Assembly: GCA_965214705.1 (NCBI GenBank)
Contig: OZ243972.1
Span: 3,264,001-3,328,000, forward strand
Origin: Alphaproteobacteria bacterium
Lineage (GTDB): Bacteria; Pseudomonadota; Alphaproteobacteria; UBA828
Direction of reading: 5' to 3'
DNA length: 64,000 nucleotides
Part shown: positions 12,914-23,188 of the stretch, in pieces
Position numbering within the stretch: the first letter of the stretch is position 1
Layout of the letters: each line of letters opens with the position of its first letter
Program-made: the position numbers and the translations under genes
The notes under the pieces: model-generated
Databases searched by the model: none
What the model saw: only the letters and a program-made list of their open reading frames with translations
Told to the model about the DNA's origin: nothing

Positions 12914-13575
12914 GCGTCTTCCTCCGCCTCATCGGTCGCGAGCTCACCCTCGCGGTGCGAGGCGGCATCGGCACGTTGATGGCGGTGGTCTTCTTCGTCA
13001 TCGCCGTCACGCTGTTTCCGCTCGGGGTCGGGCCGGAGCTCGGCCTGCTCAGCCGCATCGCGGCCGGCGCCGTCTGGGTCGCGGCGCTGCTCGCGGCTCT
13101 CCTGTCCCTGGATCGCCTCTTCGTCGCCGACCATGAGGACGGCAGCCTCGAGCAGCTGATGCTCGGCGTGCTGCCGCTTGAGTTCGTCGTGCTGGCCAAG
13201 GCCGTGGCGCACTGGCTCACCACCGGACTCCCGCTGGCCGCCGCCGCACCCGTGCTCGCACTCCTCCTGAACATGAGCGTGGACGGGTTGGTCATCCTGA
13301 TCGTCTCGCTTCTGCTGGGCACGCCGATCCTCAGCCTGATCGGCGCCGTGGGGGCGGCGCTCACCGTGGGCCTGCGCCGCGGCGGCGCGCTCATCGCGCT
13401 TCTGGTCTTGCCGCTCTATGTTCCCGTTCTCATATTCGGCGTGGGCGCGGTGGAAGGCGCCGTGCTCGACGTCGGCGTGCATGCGAACCTGTCGATTCTG
13501 GCGGGCGGGCTCGTGGGAACGCTGGTGCTGGGACCGCCGGCGGCGGCGGCGGCGCTGCGCATGACGGTGGAATAG
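12907..13575 (+). CDS. ccmB: Heme exporter permease CcmB
   Basis: LFPLGVGPE, DHEDGSLEQL, AKAVAHW and LVLPLYVPVLIFG motifs. Confidence 0.95.
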   Translation: MVGVFLRLIGRELTLAVRGGIGTLMAVVFFVIAVTLFPLGVGPELGLLSRIAAGAVWVAALLAALLSLDRLFVADHEDGSLEQLMLGVLPLEFVVLAKAVAHWLTTGLPLAAAAPVLALLLNMSVDGLVILIVSLLLGTPILSLIGAVGAALTVGLRRGGALIALLVLPLYVPVLIFGVGAVEGAVLDVGVHANLSILAGGLVGTLVLGPPAAAAALRMTVE

Positions 13576-13598
13576 GTCTGGGTAGGTCGAGGCCAGGC

Positions 13599-14372
13599 AT
13601 GGCGACACGGACAACGGGCGCGACGAGGCGAGGGAGGGTCGGATGGACCAACATCCACTTCTTCGCCAACCCGGCCCGCTTTCTCCGCGTGGCACGCGCG
13701 GTCTATCCCTGGGCGGCGGGTGCGACTGCCGCACTGATCGTGGCCGGCCTGGTGCTCGGCCTCTACGTGGCGCCGCCTGACTACCAACAGGGCGACGCCT
13801 ACCGCATCATCTTCGTCCACGTGCCGGCGGCGTGGATGTCGCTCTTCGTCTATGTCGTGATCGCGCTCTGCAGCGTGGCCAGCCTCGTCTGGCGCCATCC
13901 GCTTGCTGACCTGGTAGCAAAGTCGAGCGCACCGGTGGGTGCTGCCTTCACCTTCATCACGCTCTTGAGCGGGTCCCTCTGGGGGCAGCCGATGTGGGGC
14001 ACCTGGTGGGTGTGGGACGCGCGCCTCACCTCGATGCTGATCCTGTTCTTCCTCTATCTCGGCTACATCGCGCTCCATGCCGCCTTCGACGATCCGGCCA
14101 AGGGCGCCCGCGTCGCCGCGATCCTGGCGCTGGTCGGCGTCGTCAACGTGCCCATCGTCAAGTTCTCGGTCGACTGGTGGAACACGCTGCACCAGCCCGC
14201 GACGATCTCGAAGATCGATGCGCCGTCGATCGACGGCTCCATGATCGCGCCGCTGCTGCTCATGGCGGCGGGCTTCATGGCCTACTACGTGACGGTGCTG
14301 ATTCCGCGCGTACGCGCCGAGATTGCGAGCAGGCGTATCCGAAATTTGCGAATGGCCCAGGTCTCTCGATAG
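13599..14372 (+). CDS. ccmC: Heme exporter CcmC
   Basis: PPDYQQG, HVPAAW, GSLWGQPMWGTWWVWDARLTS (WWD motif) and SVDWWNTLHQ. Confidence 0.96.
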   Translation: MATRTTGATRRGRVGWTNIHFFANPARFLRVARAVYPWAAGATAALIVAGLVLGLYVAPPDYQQGDAYRIIFVHVPAAWMSLFVYVVIALCSVASLVWRHPLADLVAKSSAPVGAAFTFITLLSGSLWGQPMWGTWWVWDARLTSMLILFFLYLGYIALHAAFDDPAKGARVAAILALVGVVNVPIVKFSVDWWNTLHQPATISKIDAPSIDGSMIAPLLLMAAGFMAYYVTVLIPRVRAEIASRRIRNLRMAQVSR

Positions 14373-14405
14373 GGCCGCGCGGGTACAGGTGAGGCGGGTG
14401 TCGCG

Positions 14406-15362
14406 CTAGCTTTCGGTGACGGCGCCCAGCTCAAGGTACTTCTCCCGCCGCTGGCTGCGCAGGGCCGCGCCGTCGAGGCCGCGCAGGTCGGCGAACGCTT
14501 CCTCCAGCGCCGAACCGGCCCGATCGATCATGCTTGCTGCATCCCGGTGGGCGCCGCCCACGGGCTCCGGCACGATGCCGTCGATCACGCCGAGCGCGTG
14601 CAAGTCTTCCGCCGTTAACCGCAGCGCCTCCGCCGCCGTCTCCGCAAGGGCCGCGTCGCGCCACAGGATCGAGGCACAGCCCTCGGGCGAGATCACCGAA
14701 TAAATCGCGTGCTCCATCATCAGCACGCGGTTGGCGACGCCGAGCGCAATCGCTCCGCCGGAGCCGCCCTCGCCGATGATGAGCGCAACCACGGGGACCC
14801 TGACATCGAGACAGGCTTCGATGCAGCGGGCGATGGCCTCGGCTTGCCCGCGCTCCTCAGCGCCGATGCCGGGATAGGCGCCCGGCGTGTCGATCAGCGT
14901 CAGCACAGGCACCTGAAAGCGCTCCGCCAGCCGCAGCAGGCGCGACGCCTTACGGTAACCTTCGGGGTTGGCCATGCCGAAATTGTGGGCGACCCGGCCC
15001 TCGGTATCGGACCCCTTCTCCTGGCCGATGACCATGGTGGTGTGGCCCTGGAAGCGCCCCAGCCCTCCGATCACCGCCCGGTCCTCGCCGAAGGCACGGT
15101 CACCGGCAAGCGGCAGGAAGTCCGTGATGAGGCGCGAAATGTAGTCGGAGCAGTGGGGCCTGAGCTGATGGCGGGCGACCAGCGTCTTCTGCCAAGGAGT
15201 GAGGCGGCTGTAGGTCTGCTTGAGCAGGCGGTCGACCTTGCCCTCGAGGCGGGAGACCTCGTCGAGCATGTTGACGCCGCTGTCGTCGCTGAGGTGGCGA
15301 AGCTCCTGGAGCTTGCCTTCGATCTCCGCGATCGGCTTCTCGAAGTCGAGATAACTGTTCAT
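14406..15362 (-). CDS. accA: Acetyl-CoA carboxylase carboxyltransferase alpha subunit
   Basis: [31 protein letters not shown] and [14 protein letters not shown] motifs. Confidence 0.97.
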   Translation of the reverse strand: MNSYLDFEKPIAEIEGKLQELRHLSDDSGVNMLDEVSRLEGKVDRLLKQTYSRLTPWQKTLVARHQLRPHCSDYISRLITDFLPLAGDRAFGEDRAVIGGLGRFQGHTTMVIGQEKGSDTEGRVAHNFGMANPEGYRKASRLLRLAERFQVPVLTLIDTPGAYPGIGAEERGQAEAIARCIEACLDVRVPVVALIIGEGGSGGAIALGVANRVLMMEHAIYSVISPEGCASILWRDAALAETAAEALRLTAEDLHALGVIDGIVPEPVGGAHRDAASMIDRAGSALEEAFADLRGLDGAALRSQRREKYLELGAVTES

Positions 15363-15555
15363 CGACTCGCCCACTAACCCGCTTCATGTATAGCACGAGG
15401 CAACGATTCGACAATCGGAACCTCGGATTATCGGCGCCCGTCTCTCGTCGCGACGGTCGCTCCTGGCAACCGGCCCCCGCTGCTGGCGCCATATGGGGTG
15501 CGCACTGGCGACGTGCAACCCGGCCCTTGCAGCGCGTGCGAGCGGGGCCGTTGCC

Positions 15556-16842
15556 TCAGGCGTCGTGGCCTCTGGCGGCTCGGGAGCGCGGGATTACCCG
15601 GAGCTGGGTGATCTGATTTCGCCTGCGGGCGCGGACCTCGAATGTGAAGCCGTAGAGCGAGAATGACTCGCCGATCTCGGGAATCTCCTGCGCCTCGTTC
15701 AGCACGAGACCCGCGATGGTGGCCGCCTCCTCGTCGGGAAGATCCCAGTCGTAACGCCGATTGAGGTCGCGAATCGCGACGGTTCCCGGGATCAGGAACG
15801 AGCCGTCGTCGCTCTCCACCACCTCGCTGAGCGCAACATCGTGCTCGTCGACGATCTCGCCCACGATCTCCTCGATGATGTCCTCCAGGGTCACGAGACC
15901 CATCAGCGAGCCGTATTCGTCGACGATCAGCGCGAAGTGGGCCCGACGCTCGCGGAACGAGTGGAGCTGCTCGTCGAGCGGCGTGGTCTCGGGCACGAAC
16001 CAGGGTTCGGTCACGATCGACATGACGTCGAGTCGGTCGAGGTCGGCGAGGTTCGCATGCATCGCCCGTAGCAGGTCCTTGGCATGCAGAACGCCCACGA
16101 TGTTGTCCGGCTCGCCCTTCCAGACCGGCAGGCGCGTGTGGGGGCTGCGGACGACCTGGTCGAGGACGTCGGCGGGCGCCGCGTCGGCGTCGATCATCTC
16201 CATGGTCTTGCGGTGGGTCATGACCGCGCCGACTTCGATCTCCTCCAGGTCGAGGATGCTGCGGAGCATGTCGCGCTCATGCTTGACCATGGCGCCTTCC
16301 TGCGCCTGCAGGGCGATGGTACCGCGAAGCTCCTCCTCGGCGGCGCTCGCCGTCCTCGGTCCCTGCGAGGCCCCGGCCGCACTAAGCGTGGCCGAGACGA
16401 CCAGCCTTACGGCGCCGACGATGGGGGAGAGCAGCCACACGATGGGGCGCAGCACCGGCGCCACCCTGAGCGCGACCCGGTCGGCATCGCGGATCGCGTA
16501 GGTCTTTGGCAGCACCTCGGCGAAGACCAGAATGACCAGAGTCATGCCGATCGTCGCATAGGCCACGCCGGCGTCCCCGACCACCGAAATCAGAACGCTG
16601 GTGGCCAGTGCGGAGGCGAGGATGTTGACGGCGTTGTTGCCGAGCAGAATCGCGCCGATCAGTCGCTCCCGATCGTCGGTGAGCCGCTCGACCGCACGCG
16701 CGCGCCTGTCGCCGGCGCCTGCCAGATGGTGCATGCGCGGGCGGGAGGCTGCGGTCAGGGCCGTCTCAGAGCCTGAGAAGAAGCCCGATAACGCGATCAG
16801 CAAGCCGATCGCGCCGATGGTGATGGCAGTCTCGGTCGTCAT
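15556..16842 (-). CDS. HlyC/CorC (CNNM) family transporter: DUF21, two CBS domains, CorC
   Basis: FFSGSETAL, ILLGNN, FAEVLPKT and VDEYG...GLVTLEDIIEEIVGEI motifs. Confidence 0.93.
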   Translation of the reverse strand: MTTETAITIGAIGLLIALSGFFSGSETALTAASRPRMHHLAGAGDRRARAVERLTDDRERLIGAILLGNNAVNILASALATSVLISVVGDAGVAYATIGMTLVILVFAEVLPKTYAIRDADRVALRVAPVLRPIVWLLSPIVGAVRLVVSATLSAAGASQGPRTASAAEEELRGTIALQAQEGAMVKHERDMLRSILDLEEIEVGAVMTHRKTMEMIDADAAPADVLDQVVRSPHTRLPVWKGEPDNIVGVLHAKDLLRAMHANLADLDRLDVMSIVTEPWFVPETTPLDEQLHSFRERRAHFALIVDEYGSLMGLVTLEDIIEEIVGEIVDEHDVALSEVVESDDGSFLIPGTVAIRDLNRRYDWDLPDEEAATIAGLVLNEAQEIPEIGESFSLYGFTFEVRARRRNQITQLRVIPRSRAARGHDA

Positions 16843-16894
16843 GGGTGCGTCGTTGAGGATTGTGGAGGGATGTAATTCGGAGGCGCCGTGAACC

Positions 16895-18040
16895 TCATTC
16901 GCCGAAAGCTTGGTCGAGCAGGGCGCCGAGCGCCTCCGGCGGTACGTCCCGGCTGAGGAAGGCGTGCCCGATGCCGCGTGTCAGGACGAACGTCATCCGT
17001 CCGCCCTGAACCTTCTTGTCATGTTTCATTCGCTCGATCAGTGCGGCTGAGTTCCACCCGATCGCGGGAAGGGCATCTGCCTCGCTGGGCAGCCCGACCG
17101 CGCGGAAATGGGCCGCGACCCGCGCGGCGTCATCCTTGCTGCACAGGCCGAGGGCTGCGGAGAGTCGGTGCGCCAGCACCATGCCATAGGCCACCGCCTC
17201 GCCGTGCAGGAGCGATCCGTCGTAGCCGGCCTCCGCCTCCAGGGCATGGGCGAAGGTGTGTCCCAGATTGAGCAAGGCCCGGCTGCCGCTCTCGCGCTCG
17301 TCGGCGGCAACGATGCGCGCCTTGGCACGGCACGAATGGGCCACGGCGGTCCGCAGCACGTCCGGATCGCCATCAAGGAGTGCCGGGCCGTTGGTTTCAA
17401 GCCAGGCGAAGAACGCCGGGTCGTCGATGAGGCCGTATTTCACGACCTCGGCGTAGCCTGCCCTGCGCTCGCGCAGCGGCAGCGTGGCGAGCGTCGCCAC
17501 GTCGGCGAGCACCAGGCGCGGCTGATAAAACGTCCCGATCAGGTTCTTGCCGTGGGTGCTGTTCACGCCGGTCTTGCCGCCGACACCGCTGTCCACCTGG
17601 GCAAGAAGCGTTGTCGGTATCTGAACGAAGGGAACACCGCGCAGCAGGATGCTCGCGGCGAAGCCGGTGAGGTCGCCGACGACCCCGCCGCCCAGTGCCA
17701 CCAGCGCGGTCGACCGCTCGATCCCGCGGTCCAGGATGTCGTCCAGCACGCCACCCAGCGTCGCCAGGTCCTTGCTGCGCTCCCCCGACTCGACGATCAG
17801 GTGGGAGGGCGCGAAGCCGGCCGTCCGCAGGGCGTCGAGTGTCGCGTCGAGATAGAGCCCAGCCACGACGCGGTCGGTGACCACAACCGCAGAGCGGCCT
17901 GCCAGGAGCGGCGCCATGAGCCGTCCCGCCTCGCTGACGAGGCCGGCACCCACCACGACGTCGTAGCTGCGCGGTCCGAGTTCGACACGCACCGTCTCCC
18001 GGTCATGGTCGGTTCGTGGGTCGGGGTCCGCCGTACTCAC
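16895..18040 (-). CDS. aroB: 3-dehydroquinate synthase
   Basis: GGGVVGDLTGF, PTTLLAQVDSGVGGKTG, LNLGHTFAHALE, LHGEAV and DKK motifs. Confidence 0.97.
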   Translation of the reverse strand: MSTADPDPRTDHDRETVRVELGPRSYDVVVGAGLVSEAGRLMAPLLAGRSAVVVTDRVVAGLYLDATLDALRTAGFAPSHLIVESGERSKDLATLGGVLDDILDRGIERSTALVALGGGVVGDLTGFAASILLRGVPFVQIPTTLLAQVDSGVGGKTGVNSTHGKNLIGTFYQPRLVLADVATLATLPLRERRAGYAEVVKYGLIDDPAFFAWLETNGPALLDGDPDVLRTAVAHSCRAKARIVAADERESGSRALLNLGHTFAHALEAEAGYDGSLLHGEAVAYGMVLAHRLSAALGLCSKDDAARVAAHFRAVGLPSEADALPAIGWNSAALIERMKHDKKVQGGRMTFVLTRGIGHAFLSRDVPPEALGALLDQAFGE

Positions 18041-18044
18041 CGGG

Positions 18045-18638
18045 TCAGGCCTCGACGCTCGCCGATGACGGATCAGGACCCGGCTCTCGCCGCTGCGCCT
18101 CGACATGCGCGCCGAGCGCGCCAAGCACCGCCTCCACCGTTTGTTCGTGCGGTCCGTCCCCGCTTTCCACGACAACGTCGGCCTCGGCGTAGATCGGGTG
18201 ACGCTCATTCATCAGCCGCTGCAGGATTTCGCGCGGATCGCCGCCGGCCAGCAGCGGACGGTTGTTGCGCCGCGAGACGCGGGAGACCAGCAAGTCTAGG
18301 TCGGCGCGCAGCCACACCGATATGCCGCACGCCCGGATCGCCGCGCGCGTTTCGGGGTCCATGAACGCCCCTCCGCCCGTAGCCAGAACGTGCGGCGGGC
18401 GGGTCAGCAGCCGGGCGATGACCCGCCGCTCGCCGTCGCGGAATGCCGCTTCGCCGTGTATTTCAAATATGTCAGAGATCGAGCATCCTGCGGCGCGCTC
18501 GATCTCTTCGTCCGCATCGACGAACGGAATGCCGAGTCGACTGGCGAGCCGACGGCCGATCGCGCTCTTGCCCGCACCCATCAGACCCACGAGGACGACC
18601 GAGCAGTCTATCCGTGGGCACCCCAATTCTGCCGTCAT
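18045..18638 (-). CDS. aroK: Shikimate kinase
   Basis: [28 protein letters not shown] and RPLL motifs. Confidence 0.96.
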   Translation of the reverse strand: MTAELGCPRIDCSVVLVGLMGAGKSAIGRRLASRLGIPFVDADEEIERAAGCSISDIFEIHGEAAFRDGERRVIARLLTRPPHVLATGGGAFMDPETRAAIRACGISVWLRADLDLLVSRVSRRNNRPLLAGGDPREILQRLMNERHPIYAEADVVVESGDGPHEQTVEAVLGALGAHVEAQRREPGPDPSSASVEA

Positions 18639-18805
18639 CGGCTCAGCGGCACACTCCGCCCCGCCCGGCCGCGGGTCGTTGAAGCGCCGCGCCCGCGCCG
18701 ATAGACTGCCACACCATCGCCATAATCCGATTCTAACACACAAGCGTCGAATGCCTCGCGGCTGATTCAGCGTCGACGCGTGTTCAGGAGTGAAGGCACG
18801 TCCCG

Positions 18806-18934
18806 TTGAAAGTCCTCGTCATCATCCTCTTGCTCATCATCGGCGGCGGAATCGGATTTCTTTTGACCTGGGACATCCCCCCGCCGCCCGGTCCGGTCGA
18901 AAAGGTGCTGTCCAATGATCGCTTCGAGAAGTGA
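18806..18934 (+). CDS. Small single-pass membrane protein (42 aa), absent from the ORF track
   Basis: Hand translation: [45 protein letters not shown] start; the stop overlaps the GTG start of the next gene (GTGA). Confidence 0.75.
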   Translation: MKVLVIILLLIIGGGIGFLLTWDIPPPPGPVEKVLSNDRFEK

Positions 18935-20832
18935 GAGCACCCCCGGGTAGTCGGATGTTCCGACTGCCTCTTTGCCGCTCGCGAGTTGGCCGAAAGCCAT
19001 GGTCCGCGCTTGTCGGCGCATTCCTTCCGGCTGTTCTGCTGCTGATCGCGTCCGTAGGCGAAAGCATCGCTCAGGATTCCGATGAGCCGTTGCGGCTGAT
19101 CCCGCAGCAGCAGAGCGAGGACGTCGACGAGAGCGGCGCGGAGCTTGGCGAGGGCGAAGACGCGTCCCCGAACATCGATTCGGTCGTAGGCGCAGAGGGC
19201 GACGACGCGACCGCTTCGGCCGCTCCCGCATCGGCCGAAGGCGGCATCCGTGTGGGCGCGCTCGAGGCCATCGATCCTGATGCGGCTGGCATTCCGGTCG
19301 AGGGACTTGAGCCGTTTCCTGGCGATCTCTGGTCGGGCTCGCGTCGCTCAAGGATCGAAGCCTTGCTGCCGCGCCTGCCCGTCGCGGCGCCTTCTTTCGT
19401 CATGCGGCGGCTCGCGTTGGGGTTGCTCACCTCGCCGTCGCAACCGCCTGCTGGTGAGGGCGAGGCCGGTGCGCTCGCCCTCGCGCGGGCCGAGCGCCTG
19501 GTGGCCATGGGTGCGCGCGACGCTGCTCTCGCGCTGCTGGAGAGTGCCGGTCCGGCCGGGGGTCAAAACCTCACCGCCCGGATCGAGAACGACCGCCTTC
19601 TCGCTGCGTTCGACCTCGACGCCGCTTGCGCGCAAATCCTTGGCAAGGCAGGGCGGGCCGGCGATGGTTATTGGCGCCGCGTGCGCATCCTGTGTCAGGC
19701 GCACGCCGGCATGATTGAGGCCGCGACGCTCGGCCTGGAGCTGCTGCTGGAAACCGATACCGCGTCCGACCAGGTGTTCGACGACACCATCTATGCCATG
19801 GCGGGGTTGGCCGAGCCGGTCGTGGATTCGATGGCCGATCCGACTCCCCTGCGCGTCGCCGCCTGGCGGCTTGCGCAGCTCCCGATCCCGGTGGAAGCGG
19901 TGGCGAGAGCAGCGCCCGATGTGCTGCCGGCGATTGTCGTCGCGCCGGAATCCCTGCCGGGGGCACGGCTGCTGGCGGCGGAGCGCGCGGCGGCGACCGG
20001 CACGCTCCCCATTGAAGCCCTTCGCGATCTCTATCGAACCATGTCGTTCTCGTCGGAGGAGCGCGCCGATGCCCTGGCGCAGGTCGAATCGCTGGAACCG
20101 CCGCTCGGCCGCGCCTTGATGCTCCAGGCGATCGAGACAGAGACGGCGCCTGCGCTCAGGGCGGAGCTGCTGGCGGAGGCCCTTTTTCTTGCCGAGGCTC
20201 AAGGGGCTCACGGGACTGCGGCGCGCGCGTTCGCGCATCTGGTGGGCACGGTGCCGCCAGCGCCCGCGCACGTCTGGTTCGGCGCGGCGGCCGGGCGAGC
20301 TCTCATTGCGGCCGGCGAGCTCGATGCGGCTGCACGCTGGTACGCACTGGCCACGGACCATGGCTCGCGCAACCCCGAAGCGTTACGCGCCTCGTTGCGG
20401 CTCTGGCCGTTGATGCTTCTGAGCGGCGATGACGACCATCTGACGAAGGCCAAGTTCGACGCGTGGCTTTCTCTGCGGGCCGACGAAGGCGGGCGCACCG
20501 TGGCGGTCGCGCGAGCGAACTGGCTGGCGATTCTGGTCGATGCGCTCGGGGGCCGCGTAGACCCGGAGGTCTGGGATCGCCTGTTGCTCGACGAGCCACC
20601 TGTGGCAGCGCGAGGGCCGGCGCTGGCGCCGGCGAACGCATTGCTGAAGGCGGCCGAGGGCGGGCAGCTCGGCGAAACCGTCCTGTTGGCGCTGCTCCTG
20701 CTCGGCGACGCCGGCCCTGCCGCTGCAGGCATCGCGACCGTCGGGCCCGTGGTCTCCAGCCTCGTTTCTGCCGACCTGCAGGAGGAGGCGCGGGCGATCG
20801 CCCTGGAAGCGGCGCTCGCGGCGGGGCTTTGA
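18931..20832 (+). CDS. Hypothetical exported Ala-rich protein upstream of xerD
   Basis: 633-aa ORF with a signal/TM segment, an acidic linker, LWSGS..IE.LL and a C-terminal EEARAIALEA; coupled to both neighbours. Start uncertain. Confidence 0.75.
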   Translation: MRAPPGSRMFRLPLCRSRVGRKPWSALVGAFLPAVLLLIASVGESIAQDSDEPLRLIPQQQSEDVDESGAELGEGEDASPNIDSVVGAEGDDATASAAPASAEGGIRVGALEAIDPDAAGIPVEGLEPFPGDLWSGSRRSRIEALLPRLPVAAPSFVMRRLALGLLTSPSQPPAGEGEAGALALARAERLVAMGARDAALALLESAGPAGGQNLTARIENDRLLAAFDLDAACAQILGKAGRAGDGYWRRVRILCQAHAGMIEAATLGLELLLETDTASDQVFDDTIYAMAGLAEPVVDSMADPTPLRVAAWRLAQLPIPVEAVARAAPDVLPAIVVAPESLPGARLLAAERAAATGTLPIEALRDLYRTMSFSSEERADALAQVESLEPPLGRALMLQAIETETAPALRAELLAEALFLAEAQGAHGTAARAFAHLVGTVPPAPAHVWFGAAAGRALIAAGELDAAARWYALATDHGSRNPEALRASLRLWPLMLLSGDDDHLTKAKFDAWLSLRADEGGRTVAVARANWLAILVDALGGRVDPEVWDRLLLDEPPVAARGPALAPANALLKAAEGGQLGETVLLALLLLGDAGPAAAGIATVGPVVSSLVSADLQEEARAIALEAALAAGL

Positions 20833-21827
20833 CGCGTCGAGGGCGGCCAGGGACGGTCGAAGCCGCGCTCCGCGAGAGCGACGCGGCCGCCATCGAGGCG
20901 TTTCTCGAAATGGCTGCGGCAGAGCGCGGGCTCGCCCGCAATTCGATCGACGCCTACCGGCGCGATCTCGCCTGCTTCGCCGCCTATCTCGCGCCCTCGG
21001 GTGTGGCGCTGGTTGAGGCCGACTCTGCGTCGATCCGGGGGTTCGTGGCGGAACAACGCCGCTCCGGCGTTGCGGCGCGCACCGCGGCGCGTCGGCTCTC
21101 CTGCCTGCGCCAGTTCTATCGGTTCCTGCTGACCGACGGCCGGCGTGACGACGATCCGACCGCGACGGTGGATTCGCCGACACTCCCTCGCACGCTCCCC
21201 GGCGTGCTGAGCGAGGAGGAGGTCGAGAGGCTGCTGGCGGCAGCGTGGCCTGAGGACGATGGAGCGGAGGTGTCGCCCAAGCGCGAGGCCGACGGGCTTC
21301 GCCTGCGGGCCATGATCGAGCTGCTGTACGGCAGCGGTCTCCGCGTCTCGGAGCTGGTGTCGCTGCCGCTCCACGCGGTCTCGGCCGAGACGCAGAGCCT
21401 GCTGGTGCGGGGCAAAGGCGACAAGGAACGCCTGGTTCCGCTCGGGGCGCCCGCCCGCCGGGCGCTGGACGCCTATCTCGCGGTGCGCGATCGCCACCTG
21501 GCGGACGGAGCGCCGTCCCGCTGGCTGTTCCCCTCGCGCGGCGCGAGCGGTCACCTGACGCGGCATCGCCTTGCGCAGATGCTCAAGGCGTTGGCGCAGG
21601 CAGCGGGGATCGAGCCGAGCCGGGTCTCGCCCCATGCGCTGCGCCATGCCTTCGCCAGTCACCTGCTCGCCCACGGGGCGGACCTGAGGGCGGTGCAAAA
21701 GATGCTCGGCCACGCCGACATCGCGACGACGGAAATCTACACCCATGTTCTCGACGAGCGGCTCAAGCGGCTGGTCGAGGCCGGGCATCCCCTTGCCGCC
21801 GCGGGCCGCGCGCGCTCGGGCGGCTAA
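20829..21827 (+). CDS. xerD: Site-specific tyrosine recombinase XerD
   Basis: ERGLARNSIDAYRRDL, ELLYGSGLRVSELV, GKGDKERLVP, SPHALRHAFASHLL and LGHADIATTEIYTHV motifs. Confidence 0.93.
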   Translation: MTRRGRPGTVEAALRESDAAAIEAFLEMAAAERGLARNSIDAYRRDLACFAAYLAPSGVALVEADSASIRGFVAEQRRSGVAARTAARRLSCLRQFYRFLLTDGRRDDDPTATVDSPTLPRTLPGVLSEEEVERLLAAAWPEDDGAEVSPKREADGLRLRAMIELLYGSGLRVSELVSLPLHAVSAETQSLLVRGKGDKERLVPLGAPARRALDAYLAVRDRHLADGAPSRWLFPSRGASGHLTRHRLAQMLKALAQAAGIEPSRVSPHALRHAFASHLLAHGADLRAVQKMLGHADIATTEIYTHVLDERLKRLVEAGHPLAAAGRARSGG

Positions 21828-22012
21828 AGACATGCTCGAGCGGGCATATTTCAGGTCTGTACCCAGGCCGCCGGTTGTCGGCCTGCGGCGCGCTGTACTA
21901 ATGTGCCCGACTGCCGCGGGCCATGTAGCCGTCGCAGGGGAAGAGCCGTCTGGATGGGCCTGCGAGCGATCATGGAGCACAGACTCGGCGTTCCGGGGAT
22001 GACGGACAGGCG

Positions 22013-23170
22013 ATGAGCGGGCAGCGGCCATTCCTGATTCGCATGAGCCTCTTCCTGGCCCTCGTGGTCGGGGTGGTGGTCGTGCTGAGCGACACCCTGG
22101 GCGATGCGTTCTTCGCCAATTCGATTCTGAACGGCGTCATCCTTGGCGCGCTGGTCATCGGCATCGTCTACAATTTCCGCCAGGTCCTGCTGTTGAAGCC
22201 GGATACCGCCTGGCTCGCGGCGGTGAAGAGCGACGACGTGCCGGGCGCCGCGCCGCCGTCGTCGGCACGCAAGCCGCGCCTTCTGGCGCCGCTCGCGACG
22301 ATGCTGGCTGACCGGCGCGGCCGCATGACGCTCTCCGCCGTTTCGCTCCGCAGCCTGCTCGACGGCATCGGCTCGCGACTCGACGAATCGCGCGATCTGT
22401 CGCGCTACATGATCGGCCTGTTGATCTTCCTGGGCCTGCTGGGTACGTTCTGGGGCCTGCTCCAGACCGTGACCTCGGTGGGCGACGTGATCGGCGACCT
22501 CTCGGTGGCCAATCAGGACATGCTCGGCGTCTTCGACGACCTCAAGGGCGGCCTCGAAGCCCCGCTCGAAGGGATGGGCACGGCCTTCAGCTCCTCGCTC
22601 TTCGGACTCGCGGGCTCGCTTATCCTGGGCTTTCTCGACCTCCAGGCGAACCAGGCGCGGAACCGCTTCTACAACGAGCTGGAGGACTGGCTCTCCTCCT
22701 ATACCCGGCTCACCGGCGGCACGCTCGGCGTGGAGGGCGACCAGTCGGTTCCGGCCTACGTCAGCGCCCTCCTGGAGAAGACCGCCGACAGCCTGGAGGA
22801 GCTGCAACGAACGCTCGCGCGCGGCGAAGAGCAGCGCGCAACCTCTTCGGCCAACCTCCTCTCGCTGACCGAGCGCTTGGCCACGCTCACCGACCACATG
22901 CGCTCCGAGCAGGACCTCATGGTCAAGCTGGTGGAGAATCAGCTGGAGATGCGGCCGGTGCTTGAGCGCCTCGCGGCGGGCGCCACCCGACAGGGCGGTC
23001 TCGACGAGCCCAGCCGCGCGCATCTGCGCAACCTGGACGTCTATCTCCAGCGGCTCCTGGAAGAGATGGTCTCCGGCCGCGAGCAGTCGGTCGCCGAGCT
23101 TCGCAGCGAGATCAAGCTCCTCGCACGGACCATAGCGGCGGTCGCCGAGAACGAGCGGCGCCAAAGCTGA
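22013..23170 (+). CDS. MotA/TolQ/ExbB-like membrane protein
   Basis: LGLLGTFWGLL and GMGTAFSSSLFGLAGSL transmembrane motifs; paired with the downstream OmpA/MotB-like gene. Confidence 0.85.
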   Translation: MSGQRPFLIRMSLFLALVVGVVVVLSDTLGDAFFANSILNGVILGALVIGIVYNFRQVLLLKPDTAWLAAVKSDDVPGAAPPSSARKPRLLAPLATMLADRRGRMTLSAVSLRSLLDGIGSRLDESRDLSRYMIGLLIFLGLLGTFWGLLQTVTSVGDVIGDLSVANQDMLGVFDDLKGGLEAPLEGMGTAFSSSLFGLAGSLILGFLDLQANQARNRFYNELEDWLSSYTRLTGGTLGVEGDQSVPAYVSALLEKTADSLEELQRTLARGEEQRATSSANLLSLTERLATLTDHMRSEQDLMVKLVENQLEMRPVLERLAAGATRQGGLDEPSRAHLRNLDVYLQRLLEEMVSGREQSVAELRSEIKLLARTIAAVAENERRQS

Positions 23171-23188
23171 GCGCGGGAGGCTCGCCCG

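Noticed and set aside
20829-21827. Tyrosine recombinase as the integrase of the accessory island
   Set aside because: Its sequence motifs and aroK-linked context identify it as housekeeping XerD.
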